A stretch of 64,000 nt of DNA from Lytechinus pictus (Eukaryota), in assembly GCF_037042905.1 (NCBI RefSeq), contig NC_087251.1:30258001-30322000 (forward strand), read 5' to 3'. The position numbers and the translations under genes are program-made. Below, one piece after another: positions 51,544 through 64,000 of the stretch; the stretch's first letter is position 1, and every line of letters begins with the position of its first letter. The notes beneath the pieces were generated by a model. That model was not told the origin of the DNA and searched no databases. It was given only the letters and a program-made list of their open reading frames with translations.

Positions 51544-54000
51544 GCTACGTTCATTGACAAAAAAATGACATTTGGCCTTGATCATGCGACCTAAGACTTG
51601 TCCCCTATATCCATATCTTATGAACTATATCTATAAACTTTGAAAGTTATATGACAGCAATCTAATAATTGATTGTTACTGATTGATTAACTAATTGATT
51701 CGTTGATTCAATTATTTTTATTTTGTATTTTTTGATGTTTTTATTTATTCACACATTAACTATCGATTTTATTTACCCGTTAAAAGCTCTTGATGCTAAC
51801 TTCATGCTTTGTTGGTGTAATAATTTGACGAATTCGTAGATCTATTAAACTATATTTTCTTACCAATTTCATATTCCCCATTGATTAAATTTGTTACCTC
51901 CACCCATCCATCCACCCGTCAATGCGCCCATGCCAATCTATCCATCTATTCATGCATGGCCCATAGGTCCATGTATCATGCATTCCCGTTCCTGTCAATA
52001 ATTATTAAATTTATGGTGGGCTAATTGAATCTGTTGATTTCATCTATCATCAATTAATTGATATTATCTACTCGTTACTTTTTAAAACCATTATTATTGT
52101 TTATCGCCATTCTATACAATATGATCATTTACTTTATCTACTAATTTCACTCCACTTATCTTTTTTGTTTAATTTTCTTTCGTTAACAGTGTGGCCTTGC
52201 TATGGGGCTGCACAATTCGAAAAAATGCAAAAGAAATGATTAAGAATTTTCTTGTTCATTACAGTTGTTATTTTTACTTTTTCAATTTTTATGAAGAGCA
52301 AAATTAGATTTCAGTTGGAGCCCGCCTCCCCTTCTAGGGACGCCCTAGGCAGAAAGCCCATGCAAAGTTAATATCAAATTTGTAAAATGAACGCAAACTT
52401 ACAGGAATTATATAATCCGATAACTTCTTTAAACCAATATGGCCGTATAATTACCCCCCTCATGATCTCCCCTGAAATTTTGAAGAAAAAAAAATTATGT
52501 TTCTGCTGAGATGCTCACAATTTTTTTAAAGCTACAGTTAATCAAATAGCAATTCCTTTGTGATAACCTTTGCTCTTCGTTTGTTCATATATATATTTTT
52601 GAACATTTTGTGTGTTTTTACGGCATTGATATCATCTGCGGTTAAATCACTGGTGGATCCAGGGGGGGGGGGGGGCAGCCGGCCCGTGCCCCCCCCCCCC
52701 CCCTTTGAGAGGCGCAATTAAAGTTTGTAATGTAAAAATACCTTTAAAACAGAAGTGTGCCCCCCCCCCCGGAAAGTGAAGACCTTTTTTATCATTTTGC
52801 TTATCAAATTGTTTCGTTAACTAAATACCCAAGTTTTGTTTAAAACCATTTTTTTTTGCTTGTCAAATTTTTTTTGCTTGTCAAATTTTTCCTCAGGAAA
52901 ATGTGTCCCCCCCCCCCCCCCTTTCCAAAAAGCTTGGATCCGCCCCTTGGTTAAACAGAGCTGTCCGACACTGACCATGCAGTATTTGCAATTGATTTCA
53001 AACTTCAGTTGCAATTTGCAAGTGATATACTTGAACTACACATACCACTTTAGAGGTTTAAAGAACCAATTAAAGAACAAGATCAGTCGCAAATGATTGC
53101 AATAATTATGATTGGTTTAAAGACTTAGCCTTGCATGCGATCGATTTATAACATCTGTTTGCAGTATTTCTCATTCCAAGTGGGGTGAGGTGTCATCAGG
53201 TGGGGGATGGTTAAATAGTGGTGGGGCCCGGGACTATCAAATTGGGGTTTTTATTTTAGTATCGCTGTATTGTTTTCCGCTGATCAACTACGTTGGTTGC
53301 ACAAAAAATGCCAGCAATTGAAAATAAATCCCCCGAACTAACAGTTAATCAATTATGTCTTAATTGACTTTTCACTAGATGCTGAAGTTGCATTTTCGAG
53401 AATGAGTTATGGGTTATTTGATTGATTTACATACATGTAGTTGTTATAATTTTCATAGAGGGTATTTTTAAAATGAAATTCGACTCCCCCTCACCACTTA
53501 ACTTGGCTGTTTATGGGCACTTGCCCCCACTTGCCTCCCTCACAACGCGGTTTTGTTACATTGCTTACAGATCATTTAAGTGTATGACGATCTTTAAATT
53601 GGCAACAAAATACCAAGCAAATAATAATGGCTTATTTCAATTATTGACAGAACGTTAACGTGCGTGACTTGCAACCCTGGCCCTGAGAACAACTGCGACT
53701 GGCAAATGATATTTCAGGGGATGATTATCAATTGTTAATTGAAATTTTACGTCGTTTGAGATCAAATCTTCTATCAAGAGATCAAGAACAACTATTTACG
53801 TAGTTTTCCGAGCTGCCAGGAAGGTGAAACTTGAACCAAGTTGAAGAGAGCTCGAGAGTCTTGGCCGAAGATACATCGCACCAGCCACCACCGCCGCGCC
53901 GGAACGTTAATCCGATCTCGACGAAGCCAAGGCCAAGGGGGAAAAAACAACACCCAAAAAGCAAAATCTGCTCTCCCCAAACCAAAGCTAAGTTTTGATA

Positions 54001-54076
54001 ATGTCACGAGGATCAAGTGCTGGGTTTGATCATTTCATTACTGTCTTTTCCCCAGAAGGGCGGCTGTATCAAGTTG
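54001..54076 (+). CDS. PSMA6: Proteasome subunit alpha type-6, coding exon 1
   Basis: [26 protein letters not shown] fits the proteasome alpha N-terminal signature. Phase-1 donor GTAAGT at 54077. Confidence 0.93.
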
Positions 54077-54415
54077 GTAAGTAGAGCCTGCTCACTGGCA
54101 CTGCTGGAATTGTTTTAACATGTTTATAATAATGTAGCCTATTGTTATGTTACTTTGTTAGGAAAGTGGGATTGGGAAGGAAGAGAAGGTCAATTTAAGG
54201 ACGTTCCACAGTTAAAATGAAGTCCATGTCATTTTCACCATATTTTGCAGAGAGTTACTTTGGTATCTATGCATTATGAAAATGCAAAAAATAATATAGG
54301 TTCATGTGCTTATTTTTTTTCTACGGGACTTCAAAGTCGCCGTATTTGAATGATATGAAATATTGCGCAATCATGAGAATTATGCCTCTCTTAGACCTCA
54401 CGAATTCACCAAATG

Positions 54416-55431
54416 CAAGGCTCGACATTAGCAGTGGCCCGGTGGCCCGGGGCCACCAGAAATTCACATCGGGCAACCATTATTGAAAAAATATTAAGTT
54501 TTGGTGGCCCGAATCGGGCAACCAATAATTTTCAGAATAGCGCAATTTTTCTCCCCATTTTGCACGCATTTATCAACTTTCTACAGTTCAAATTGCAAGC
54601 CAGTTCATCATGCGCCCTTTTTGTTGATCTACACACAAACACACACACAAAGTAGGCCTACCGCTATAGCATTAAGTAGCTTTTATCCAGCCGGCCGCGC
54701 CGGCTGGCGTGAGCTTTGCATGCTTCAAGCAGCTGTGCGTTAACAGCCTATTCAGACTCGGGGAGCTGCAATACGAAATGTTGCTGCTATGAAATCTTCC
54801 ACAGAACTGAAAATCCAAGTCAAAGTCACATTTTACACCAATGAAATGCCCTTCTACAGACCTTGTTGCTAAAATCTGGTGTATCCTGATTATTTGCAAG
54901 CATTAAAAAGAGGAATCATGACCTCTCTTTTGACTCAAAAAGACCGATTTCCAAATGAAAATAATACACATAAAAACACATAGGTGAGAACATCACAGTC
55001 CCACGTGTGCATTTGTATATATGTTGTTACTTGGTTTCTTTCGAAGCTGTGTCTTTTCCGGTCTTTTCTAGCCAAAACTAAACAGACAGTTACTTAATTC
55101 TTTCTTGTTTATAATAAAAATGACTTCTTAAACAACTCTTGAGAAAGTAAATACTTTGGGAAGGCATTTCATTAATATGAAATGTTAATTTTTCCAACAT
55201 TTTGGCAAATATAGGGAAGGAATTTTCTCACACCTTTTTTTGCCGTTTTATTATTTTCTTTCATTTTTTTTGACAGTGGTTAAACCATTTATACCCATTT
55301 ATTCATTTTTAATGTTTTTCTTTATATTTTTTGGGCCACCAAACTTTAATATCGGGCCACCAAAAAAAATTATTTGAAGGTTTTGGTGGCCCGAACGGGC
55401 CACCACCAAAAAAAGTTAATGTGGAGCCTTG
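54416..55431. mobile_element. Nested 1-kb non-autonomous element with CAAGG termini and 7-bp TSD (P-element-like)
   Basis: TIR CAAGGCTC(G/C)ACATTA. CCAAATG duplicated on both sides (54409-54415, 55432-55438). Subterminal GGTGGCCCG / CGGGCCACC repeats at both ends. Confidence 0.75.
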
Positions 55432-55667
55432 CCAAATGAGTTTAAATCATCTTTACTCTCTCGATATCACATCAAACTTTCAGGATGTGTAACTTAGTAG
55501 ATACCAAAGTAGGAGAAAGTCTTTTAATTGGTAAAACTATATCTATTTGGATTCAGCAGCGCCCTCATTTGGCAGGAATGGTGCAAAAACTCGGAAAAAA
55601 CAAATCTTCAAAGACGTGAATCTACTAAAAAATTAAAAAAGTATAGTTTAAGCTGCACTTTATTAAA

Positions 55668-57355
55668 AATCCATGTCACTTTCATCAAATATGGCTAAAC
55701 TGTAGAGGAATGTATATGAAAGATGTAGGGAAGTTAAAAATATAGGGTCCATGTGCTCGTTTTTTAACTATGAGTGTCCAAAGTGTTGCGAGTTGGCTTG
55801 AAAATCGCCTAAAATGCGCCGAAAACGTGCAAAGTCTAATAATACCGTCTATAATGCGAATGGTTCCCGTATTTCGATCCCAAACATTCAAAATCCATGT
55901 CATTTTCATCATAATCTCTAAATTTGTAGAAGAATATATTCTGAAGCCGTTCAAATGTTAAAAATATAGGATCCATGTGCTCGTTCTTTAGTTATCAGTG
56001 TCCAAAATGTTGCGAGTTGGCTTGAAAATCGCCTATGCGACGAAAACGTGCAAAAGTATATACTACCGTTTATAATGCGAATAGTTCCCGTATTTTGCTC
56101 CCAAACATTCAAAATCCATGTCATTTTCATCATAATCTCTAAATTTGTAGAGGAATATATTCTGAAGCCGTTAAAATGTTAAAAATATAGGGTCCATGTG
56201 CTCGTTTTTTTAGTTATCAGTGTCCAAAATGTTGCGAGTTGGCTTGATAATCGCCTATGCGCCGAAAACGGGCAAAAGTCTATAATAATTATACCGTTTA
56301 TAATGCGAATAGTTCCCGTATTTCGCTCCCAAACATTCAAAATCCATGTCATTTTCATCATAATCTCTAAATTTGTAGAGGAATATATTCTAAAGCCGTT
56401 AAAATGTTAAAAATATAGGGTCCATGTACCCGTTTTTAAACTATCAGTGTCTAAAGAGTTGCGTGTTTGCTTGAAACAGCCCAAAATGCGCCGAAAACAT
56501 GCAAAAGGCTATACCGTCCGAAATGTCTAAAATACAAAAGATTCCTTAGTTCTGCTCCCAAACACTCAAAATCCATGTCATCTTCATCATATTCTCTAGA
56601 TTTGCAGAGGAATATATTCTAAAGCCGTTAAAATGTTAAAAATATGGGGTCCATGTGCTCGTTGTTAAACTATCAGTGTCTAAAAAGTTGCGTGTTTGCT
56701 TGAAACAGCCCAAAATGCGCCGAAAACATGCAAAAGGCTATACCGTCCGAAATGTCTAAAATACAAAAGATTCCTTAGTTCTGCTCCCAAACACTCAAAA
56801 TCCATGTCATCTTCATCATATTCTCTAGATTTGCAGAGGAATATGTTTTGATGACGTTAAAATATTAAAAATATGGGGTCCATGTGCTCGTTTTTAAACT
56901 ATCAGTGTCTAAAAAGTTGCGTGTGGGCTTGAAACAGCCCAAAATGTGCCCGCGAAAACAAGCAAAAGTCTGATAATACCATGACTGTCTAAAATACGAA
57001 TGGTTCCTTAGTCCTGCTCCCAAACATTCAAAATACATGTCATTTGCATCATACTCTCTAGATTTGTAGAAGAATATATTCTGAAGAAGTTAAGACATTT
57101 AAACTATGGGGTCCATGTGCTTCTTTTCAAATTATCAGTGTCCAAACTTTTGCGAGTTGGCTTGAAACAGCCCAAAATGCGCCGAAAATTTTTTAAGCAA
57201 AAGTCTGTTAATACCGTCTAAAATGCGAATGGTTCCGTAGTCATGCTCCCAAACATTGAAAATCCATGTCATATTTATCGTACTTTGCACGTATCTATAC
57301 TTTAGCACCTGAATATTCTAAATATGCAAAAATTAACATGGGTCCATGTGCTTGA
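55668..57355. repeat. Tandem array of about 8 units of roughly 220-230 bp inside the 4-kb transposon
   Basis: AATCCATGTCATTTTCATCATA...GGGTCCATGTGCTCG recurs at about 55668, 55892, 56113, 56341, 56569, 56799, 57032 and 57262, with diverged copies near 54222 and 57706. Confidence 0.9.
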
Positions 57356-60300
57356 TTTTTTTGCTATAGAGCTTCAAAGTTAACCCAAATGGATTATTTA
57401 GCAATAATTAGCATTCAAAAGAATTTGGCATTTTTAGACCTCACGAGATCACAACAATGAGTTTAAAGCTATATTACTCAGTCAAAATCCATAAAAATTT
57501 CATCAAATTTTGCAATATGATTAATAATTGTATCGTTAAGATGGATAATCTATTTATACTGCTTTCAAGTGTTTGCTCATTTAAGTCTAACAGCACTCTC
57601 AATTCTTAGAAATTGCGGCAAAGATAACAAATATACTCAACCTCAAAAAATTCAAATTTCAATAACAAACTTGAGAAGTAAAAGAAATGCTGCACTTTAT
57701 TCAGAACCCATGTCATTTTCACCAAACTTTGCAAAGTTGTAGAGGAAAGTATACCTAAGAGGTGCAAACATTAAAAAATATGGGTTCATGTGCTTTTTTT
57801 TCAAACTATCAGCACTCTTATTAGAGCAAATGTGCCTCTTAAAACACCCCAAAAACGCGCCAAAAGCTTTGTATCTATGTGAGGAAAAATTTCGAACCAC
57901 TCTACCATTTTCAAACTCGGGGTCATATTAATCATACTTTGCAGCACTACAGAGAAAAGTATTTTGAAAATGTAGAGGTATAAAAAAAATGGTCCATGGA
58001 ATAATTCCAGTTTATTAGCTTCATAAAATAACACATCGGATCTGCAGTTAATGCAGATAAGGAGAAAAATCAGCTCACAATACCTACAGCTGATTAATCA
58101 CCAGTTCATCCATTGTGACGTCAGCGCGCAGAGTGTAAAATATGCGCAGATCATGATGCGCACAAACATAAGTGTGGAACGTCCTTAACCTCAATTCAAT
58201 TGGGCATACCGCCCGATATGTTGTGAGCATGGACATGTGTGAGAGAGAGAGAGAAGGGGGGGAACAGGGGTGTGGCAGTGGCATAATTAGACAGTTGGCA
58301 GCCGTCTGTTTCAAGGAGTTTTTTAACATTTAAATTTTATTTTTAAATTCTTCTCTTCTCACAGACAGCTCGCTATCGTGCAGCCACCATTGGGGGGTAA
58401 ACGATGCAAAATCCCCCTTATGGGGCTCATCGATTTTTGTCTTTATTTCATTAAAAATATATAAAAAGAACTGGACCAAAATAAAGATTATTCCGTTTTG
58501 GCCTGAAACACACCAAAACGAGGAAAAATAAACTTAAATTGGGAAAAAACAGTGACTTACTTCCGCTGTCGCGCAACTTCACTTCCCTGTTTTATCCGAA
58601 CTTAATACATAAATAAACATATGGCCATTGAGTCCCTGTACAGATCGAGCTAGAACTTCGGTCTCTGTATTTGGTGAGTGGAGCCAACGGAGTTCAGCGG
58701 AACAACCAACATAACAGAGACCTAAGCTTTTGGTCTATGGCATAATGAGCCAAACATTTTGAGGGGTCTAGAAGATCCAGTAAGCACAAATTTCGACATT
58801 TTTATTACAAAAATCAAATTTTGTAATTTTGACATTAAATAAATCTATTTCACCCCCTTTTTTTTGCTGAGATCTATATCACTTAGCTTCTGAACGCACC
58901 CCTCTCCACAAGTGAAATATTTTGATCACTTGAAAATGGTATCGTGATGTGTGTTTTCTGTTGGAAATTTAAAGTTTAAAAATTCACAAAAGCTATTTGG
59001 CCATATTTTTGTTTTGGGAAAAAAAAAGACTTTGAATATGTGTTTTGGACCCGTGTCATCATATTCAAATTCAATTTGGAAGGATGTTGCAAAGTTTTAA
59101 GCATATTGAAACTATTTTCTGATGCATAAATGCGTGCGTTTGGTAATACAAGGCCGGTTGGTAATAGAATCACTCACTATACTAAAAGAAATGACAAAAC
59201 ATGACTACTTGACCCAGTCATAAATTGTTTAACTTTTGCATATATGGGTTTATGCGCATTCATTAAATCACATTTTTTTGTGCATGCTAAAATCATCAAT
59301 TATGTTATGACATCCACCACTGATTCTTTCATACCTCTGAGAAATGATAAGATATTGAGCAAGATTTTTCTCTTAATTGCCTGGCACTTATAAATTGCAC
59401 GTCACATTAGATAACTGGAAGCTAATGCAGTTTAGCACCGGCCGACTTTGAGCACATTTCCAAGCAATAATTGTTTGTGAATGTCATAGCAAGTCCCTCA
59501 ATCACATTTCAAGGTCAATATGCCCAGGGATGCCACTTTTCAGATTTTCTTTTTCTGTCTCTTTTTCACTTCTGAATTTCCTCTCATGAATTTCAGGCTT
59601 TTTGAGGAGATGCAGTTCCATCCCTGAAAGTTGATTATTTTGGCAGCAGTTTTATCTCTCTTTAAAGGAAACCAAAGCACAGAGAGTATCAATCGTATGA
59701 GAACGAGTATTAAAATACATGTACATGTAGAGGACCAATTTAAAACAAGTATTAAAATTAGTTATGAAATAAGAGTTATGGATAAATGAAAAGTCTTGCA
59801 ACACTTTCTATAGGAATCCACAAATTAGCAACACGCCATACTTCGAAATGGCCGCCTTACTCTCAATTTGTTTTGTGCAAAAATGTTCAGTTTTTCCCTT
59901 TTATTCTACAGGTTTCTGATCATCTCAGTGTGAATTTTATTTTTATTTGCTTAAAAGCAAACTTCCATCATTTGTTGTTTTAGAGATAATCATACACACA
60001 ATGACAGGTGTGTAAAATTGTGCCGTGTAACGTCAGTTACCGTGGAAATGCCCATATTGAAACTATTTTCTGATGCATAAATGCGTGCGTTTGGTAATAC
60101 AAGGCCGGTTGGTAATAGAATCACTCACTATACTAAAAGAAATGACAAAATTCATGACTACTGTACTTGACCCAGTCATAAATTTCATAACTTTTGCATA
60201 TGGGTTCAAAATATATTAAAATGTATTAAAATACATGTACATGTAGAGGACCAATTTAAAACAAGTGTTAAAATTGGTTATGAAATAAGAGTTATGGATA

Positions 60301-60786
60301 AATGAAAAGTCTTGCAACACTTTTTATAGGAATCCACAAATTAGCAACATGCCATACTTCGAAATGGCAGACTAACTCTCAATTTGTTTTGTACAAAAAT
60401 TTTCAGTTTTTCCCCTTTATTCTACATGTTTCTGATCATCTCAGTGTGAATTTTATTTTTATTTGCATGTTGTGCTCAGAGGGAGGCAATGTGCAATTAG
60501 AAAGATAATGAGAAAATCTGAAAGTGAAGAGTTAAAACAAAATAAAGAAATAGAAAATCAGCCATTTTGAAGCATGTTTGTCAATTTGAAGTTCCCTGTA
60601 GAAAATACAACCAACTTACAAAATCTTAGAAAATTTCAAACTTCCATAGCTTTCTTATTTCATATCCAATTTGGATTCAGCTGCTTTTAAAATGTATATT
60701 GACCCTCTCATTTTAACTTCTCTCCCTGGGATTTAGCTTCCTTTAATTTCTCCTTTGAGCCCTTACATGTACATGTATCACATCAG

Positions 60787-60941
60787 GACCCCGTTGCATA
60801 AAAGTTACCATTTTGTTCACTTTGCTACGCAATGGTAACTTTCATGAAATCCTTGATTTTGATTGGCTGTTGATCAGCGTTATCATGGTAGTTACCATTG
60901 GATGGCAAAGTTACCATTAGTAACTATATTGCAACGGGCCC
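60787..60941. mobile_element. PIF/Harbinger-like MITE (duplicated at 62291-62445)
   Basis: GACCCCGTTGCA...TGCAACGGGCCC, CAG TSD. Confidence 0.7.
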
Positions 60942-61022
60942 CAGGTTGGCTATTCCATTCGCCCTCAAATATTCCCATAATATGTTATCAGCTTTTTCTT
61001 TTTATGTCATTTTCTTTCCCAG

Positions 61023-61059
61023 AATATGCATTTAAAGCAATCAACCAAGGGGGTATTAC
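61023..61059 (+). pseudogene. Truncated duplicate of PSMA6 exon 2 (pseudo-exon)
   Basis: Same acceptor and first 37 nt ([13 protein letters not shown]) as the real exon 2, then switches abruptly to intronic sequence at a duplication junction. No matching donor. Confidence 0.85.
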
Positions 61060-62526
61060 TTTTCAGATTTTCTTTTTCTGTCTCTTTTTCACTTCTGAAT
61101 TTCCTCTCATGAATTTCAGGCTTTTTGGAGGAGATGCAGTTCCATCCATGAAAGTTGATTATTTTGCCAGCAGTTTTATCTCTCTTTAAAGGAAACCAAA
61201 GCACAAAGAGAGTATCAATCGTATGAGAACGAGTATTAAAATACATGTACATGTAGAGGACCAATTTAAAACAAGTATTAAAATCGGTTATGAAATGAAA
61301 AGTCTTGCAACACTTTCTATAGGAATCCACATATTAGCAACATGCCATACTTCGAAATGGCAGACTAACTCTCAATTTGTTTTGTACAAAATTTTTCAGT
61401 TTTTCCCCTTTATTCTACACGTTTCTGATCATCTCAGTGTGAATTTTATTTTTATTTGCTTAAAAGCAAACTTCCATCATTTGTTGTTTTAGAGATAATC
61501 ATACACACAATGAAAGGTGTGTAAAATTGTGCCGTGTAACGTCAGTTACAGTGGAAATACCCATATTGAAACTATTTACTGATGCATAAATGCGTGCGTT
61601 CGGTAATACAAGGCCGGTTGGTAATAGAATCACTCACTATACTAAAAGAAATGACAAAATTCATGACTACTTGACCCAGTCATTAATTTTATAACTTTTG
61701 CATATGGGTTTAAAATATATTAAAATGTATTAAAATACATGTACATGTAGAGGACCAATTTATAACAAGTGTTAAAATTGGTTATGAAATAAGAGTTATG
61801 GATAAATGAAAAGTCTTGCAACACTTTTTATAGGAATCCACAAATTAGCAACATGCCATACTTCAAAATGGCAGACTAACTCTCAATTTGTTTTGTACAA
61901 AATTTTTCAGTTTTTCCCCTTTATTCTACATGTTTCTGATCATCTCAGTGTGAATTTTATTTTTATTTGCATGTTGTGCTCAGAGGGAGGCAATGTGCAA
62001 TTAGAAATATAATTGGAAAATCTGAAAGTGAAGAGTTAAAACAAAATAAAGAAATAGAAAATCAGCCATTTTGAAGCATGTTTGTCAATTTGAAGTTCCC
62101 TGTAGAAAATACAACCAACTTACAAAATCTTAGAAAATTTCAAACTTCCATAGCTTTCTTATTTCATATCCAATTTGGATTCAGCTGCTTTTAAAATGTA
62201 TATTGACCCTCTCATTTTAACTTCTCTCCCTGGGATTTAGCTTCCTTTAAGTTCTCCTTTGAGCCCTTACATGTACATGTATCACATCAGGACCCCGTTG
62301 CATAAAAGTTACCATTTTGTTCACTTTGCTACGCAATGGTAACTTTCATGAAATCCTTGATTTTGATTGGCTGTTGATCAGCATTATCATGGTAGTTACC
62401 ATTGGATGGCAAAGTTACCATTAGTAACTATATTGCAACGGGCCCCAGGTTGGCTATTCCATTCGCCCTCAAATATTCCCATAATATGTTATCAGCTTTT
62501 TCTTTTTATGTCATTTTCTTTCCCAG

Positions 62527-62621
62527 AATATGCATTTAAAGCAATCAACCAAGGGGGTATTACATCAGTTGCAGTGAAGGGTCCAGACTGTGTTGTGGCC
62601 ATCACACAGAAGAAAGTTCCT
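62527..62621 (+). CDS. PSMA6: Proteasome subunit alpha type-6, coding exon 2 (gene presumably continues beyond the window)
   Basis: Acceptor TCCCAG, donor GTAAGT, 95 nt. Encodes [32 protein letters not shown]. Confidence 0.93.
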
Positions 62622-63692
62622 GTAAGTTCATTACCATTGTATACAATTACAGCATTTTCTAAGTTTTCTACCATGTTACTAGTAAAAAAAAATTGACACC
62701 TCACACATACCTAATTTATTGAAAAAAAATATGTCATCAACGCATACAATCATTATATATGGCTGGAAAGAGTATCTTCTCCCAAATAATTTGATACCAT
62801 ATGTATGTGGTATATGTCTTCACACTTGGATAATCAGTAGGTATTCTTTGCAGTGATGTAAGTTTTGATTTGCGCCATAGTAAGGCATGATGATCGCAAT
62901 TAATGAATCCAGATGCCAATGATGTCATAATTCTATATGAGTAAATATTTGCAAATCCCTTTTCAATAAAATGAACTTGAGAATTGATACTGAAAAGTGT
63001 TCATTTAACAATTATAATGTAAGTTATTGAAAAACAAGTTTGAAATGGATTTTAAATTAGGATTATGACATCATTGGCATCTGGATTCATTCATTGCAGT
63101 TATTGCAGTTATGCCTTACTTTGGTGCAAATCAAAATTTACATCACTGCAAAGGAATACATACCTCTTGATCATTCAAGCTTTGAATTTTCAAGTTGTGT
63201 GATTTTGTCTGAATTATCAGATTATGTTTGCTTGCAATTTACAGACAATTCAAGACAATATAATTTTGTAGGCTAATGAATGGGTACATATAAACTGTCA
63301 AATCTTAATGAAAATAATGTGCTAAATCTCAGAAATATTAATCATTAATTTGCTTGCAGCTAGAATTGCTGCAGTTTACATGGATCAATCAAGATAGTGT
63401 CAATTGAGAATTGCCCATTTTAAGTTTCATTGGGCTGTGCAATGATGCTTTTATTGGTACTAGTATTGATATCATAGAGTGTCTTTACGTTACCTATTTG
63501 TTTGTTTTGAAAATGCTTAATTTTCACAAATCATGGTAGTGGTGAAAAATGAAGGAGGCTTATATTATTAAATAATTTCATTTAAAAATATTGCCTGTTA
63601 CACTCCCTCTATTGTTCTGAGTTTCTATTATCCCACACTGGTCAGAGTTTCCATTTGCATTGATTATTTTAGAAAAGCGTGTATCAGACCAG

Positions 63693-63855
63693 GGGGCCGT
63701 TTCCTAAAGCTGTTCGTAAATTAAGAACGACTGGTGAACCTTTCTTAATACGCGCTAAACCATCACCAATGAATGTACCATTTACCACAAGAAAGGATCA
63801 CCAGTCGTTCTTATAGTCGCTCTTAACTTACGAATAGCTTTGTGAAACACCCCCC
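63693..63855. mobile_element. PIF/Harbinger-like MITE
   Basis: GGGGCCGTTTCCTAAAGCTGTTCGTAA...TTACGAATAGCTTTGTGAAACACCCCCC. Confidence 0.75.
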
Positions 63856-64000
63856 CGGTCTAGTGTAGATCAAATGGAAATTACACTATATTGGCAGTGG
63901 ACTATTTTTGTCTCACATGCATGGCAGATTGAGACTATAGGTCCTGCTTTTTCGACGGCAGCGGCGTCAACATCAAATATTTACCGAAGGTTAAGTTTTT

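Larger units (their letters stand above)
54199..58184. mobile_element. About 4-kb non-autonomous TTAA-flanked DNA transposon (Kolobok-like) in PSMA6 intron 1
   Basis: TIRs GGACGTTCCACAGTTA / GGACGTTCCACACTTA (15 of 16 match). TTAA at 54195-54198 and 58185-58188. No transposase ORF. Confidence 0.82.
59537..62563. repeat. About 1.5-kb tandem duplication (59537-61059 and 61060-62563) with internal sub-duplications
   Basis: Near-identical copies, also visible as repeated spurious ORFs (MKSLATL..., MAVDQ...). 2-bp AC microhomology at the junction. Confidence 0.9.

Noticed and set aside
51133..51594. 153-aa poly-Lys ORF and other G/C-tract ORFs
   Set aside because: Translations of poly(A) and G/C runs within hAT-like MITEs.
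53782..54029. ORFs upstream of or overlapping the PSMA6 ATG as an N-terminal extension
   Set aside because: An in-frame TAA lies just upstream of the ATG, and the other frames lack ATG starts; best read as 5' UTR.
55668..57355. Possible CRISPR array or repeated small ORFs
   Set aside because: Eukaryotic context; whole ~225-bp units repeat with no unique spacers, and the ORFs arise from the repeat.

Overview
AT-rich, intron-rich eukaryotic (metazoan) DNA. The repeat landscape looks echinoid (sea-urchin-like), but that is inference. Four protein-coding genes can be rebuilt by hand from GT-AG exons with consistent phases. (1) A complete 7-exon, 416-aa glutaminyl-peptide cyclotransferase with an N-terminal type-II membrane anchor (isoQC/QPCTL-like; + strand, 1032-11980). 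(2) A 2-exon, 385-aa Ser-rich protein I cannot assign to a family, with a 20.2-kb intron (- strand, 39883-18494). (3) A 170-aa stand-alone short-chain class-1 L-asparaginase with three coding exons, of a type known mainly from bacteria (Rhodospirillum rubrum RrA-like; - strand, 49699-47002). (4) The first two coding exons of proteasome subunit alpha type-6 (+ strand, from 54001). The rest is dense in non-autonomous DNA transposons (Kolobok/T2-like, Harbinger-like, Tc1/pogo-like, hAT-like, one P-like) and LINE tails. Main oddities: a 257-bp MITE with perfect 37-bp TIRs carrying an intact-looking Pol III tRNA gene with a UCA (opal-reading) anticodon; the intron-bearing bacterial-type asparaginase; a 1.5-kb tandem duplication breaking inside PSMA6 exon 2; and a 4-kb nested, satellite-bearing transposon.
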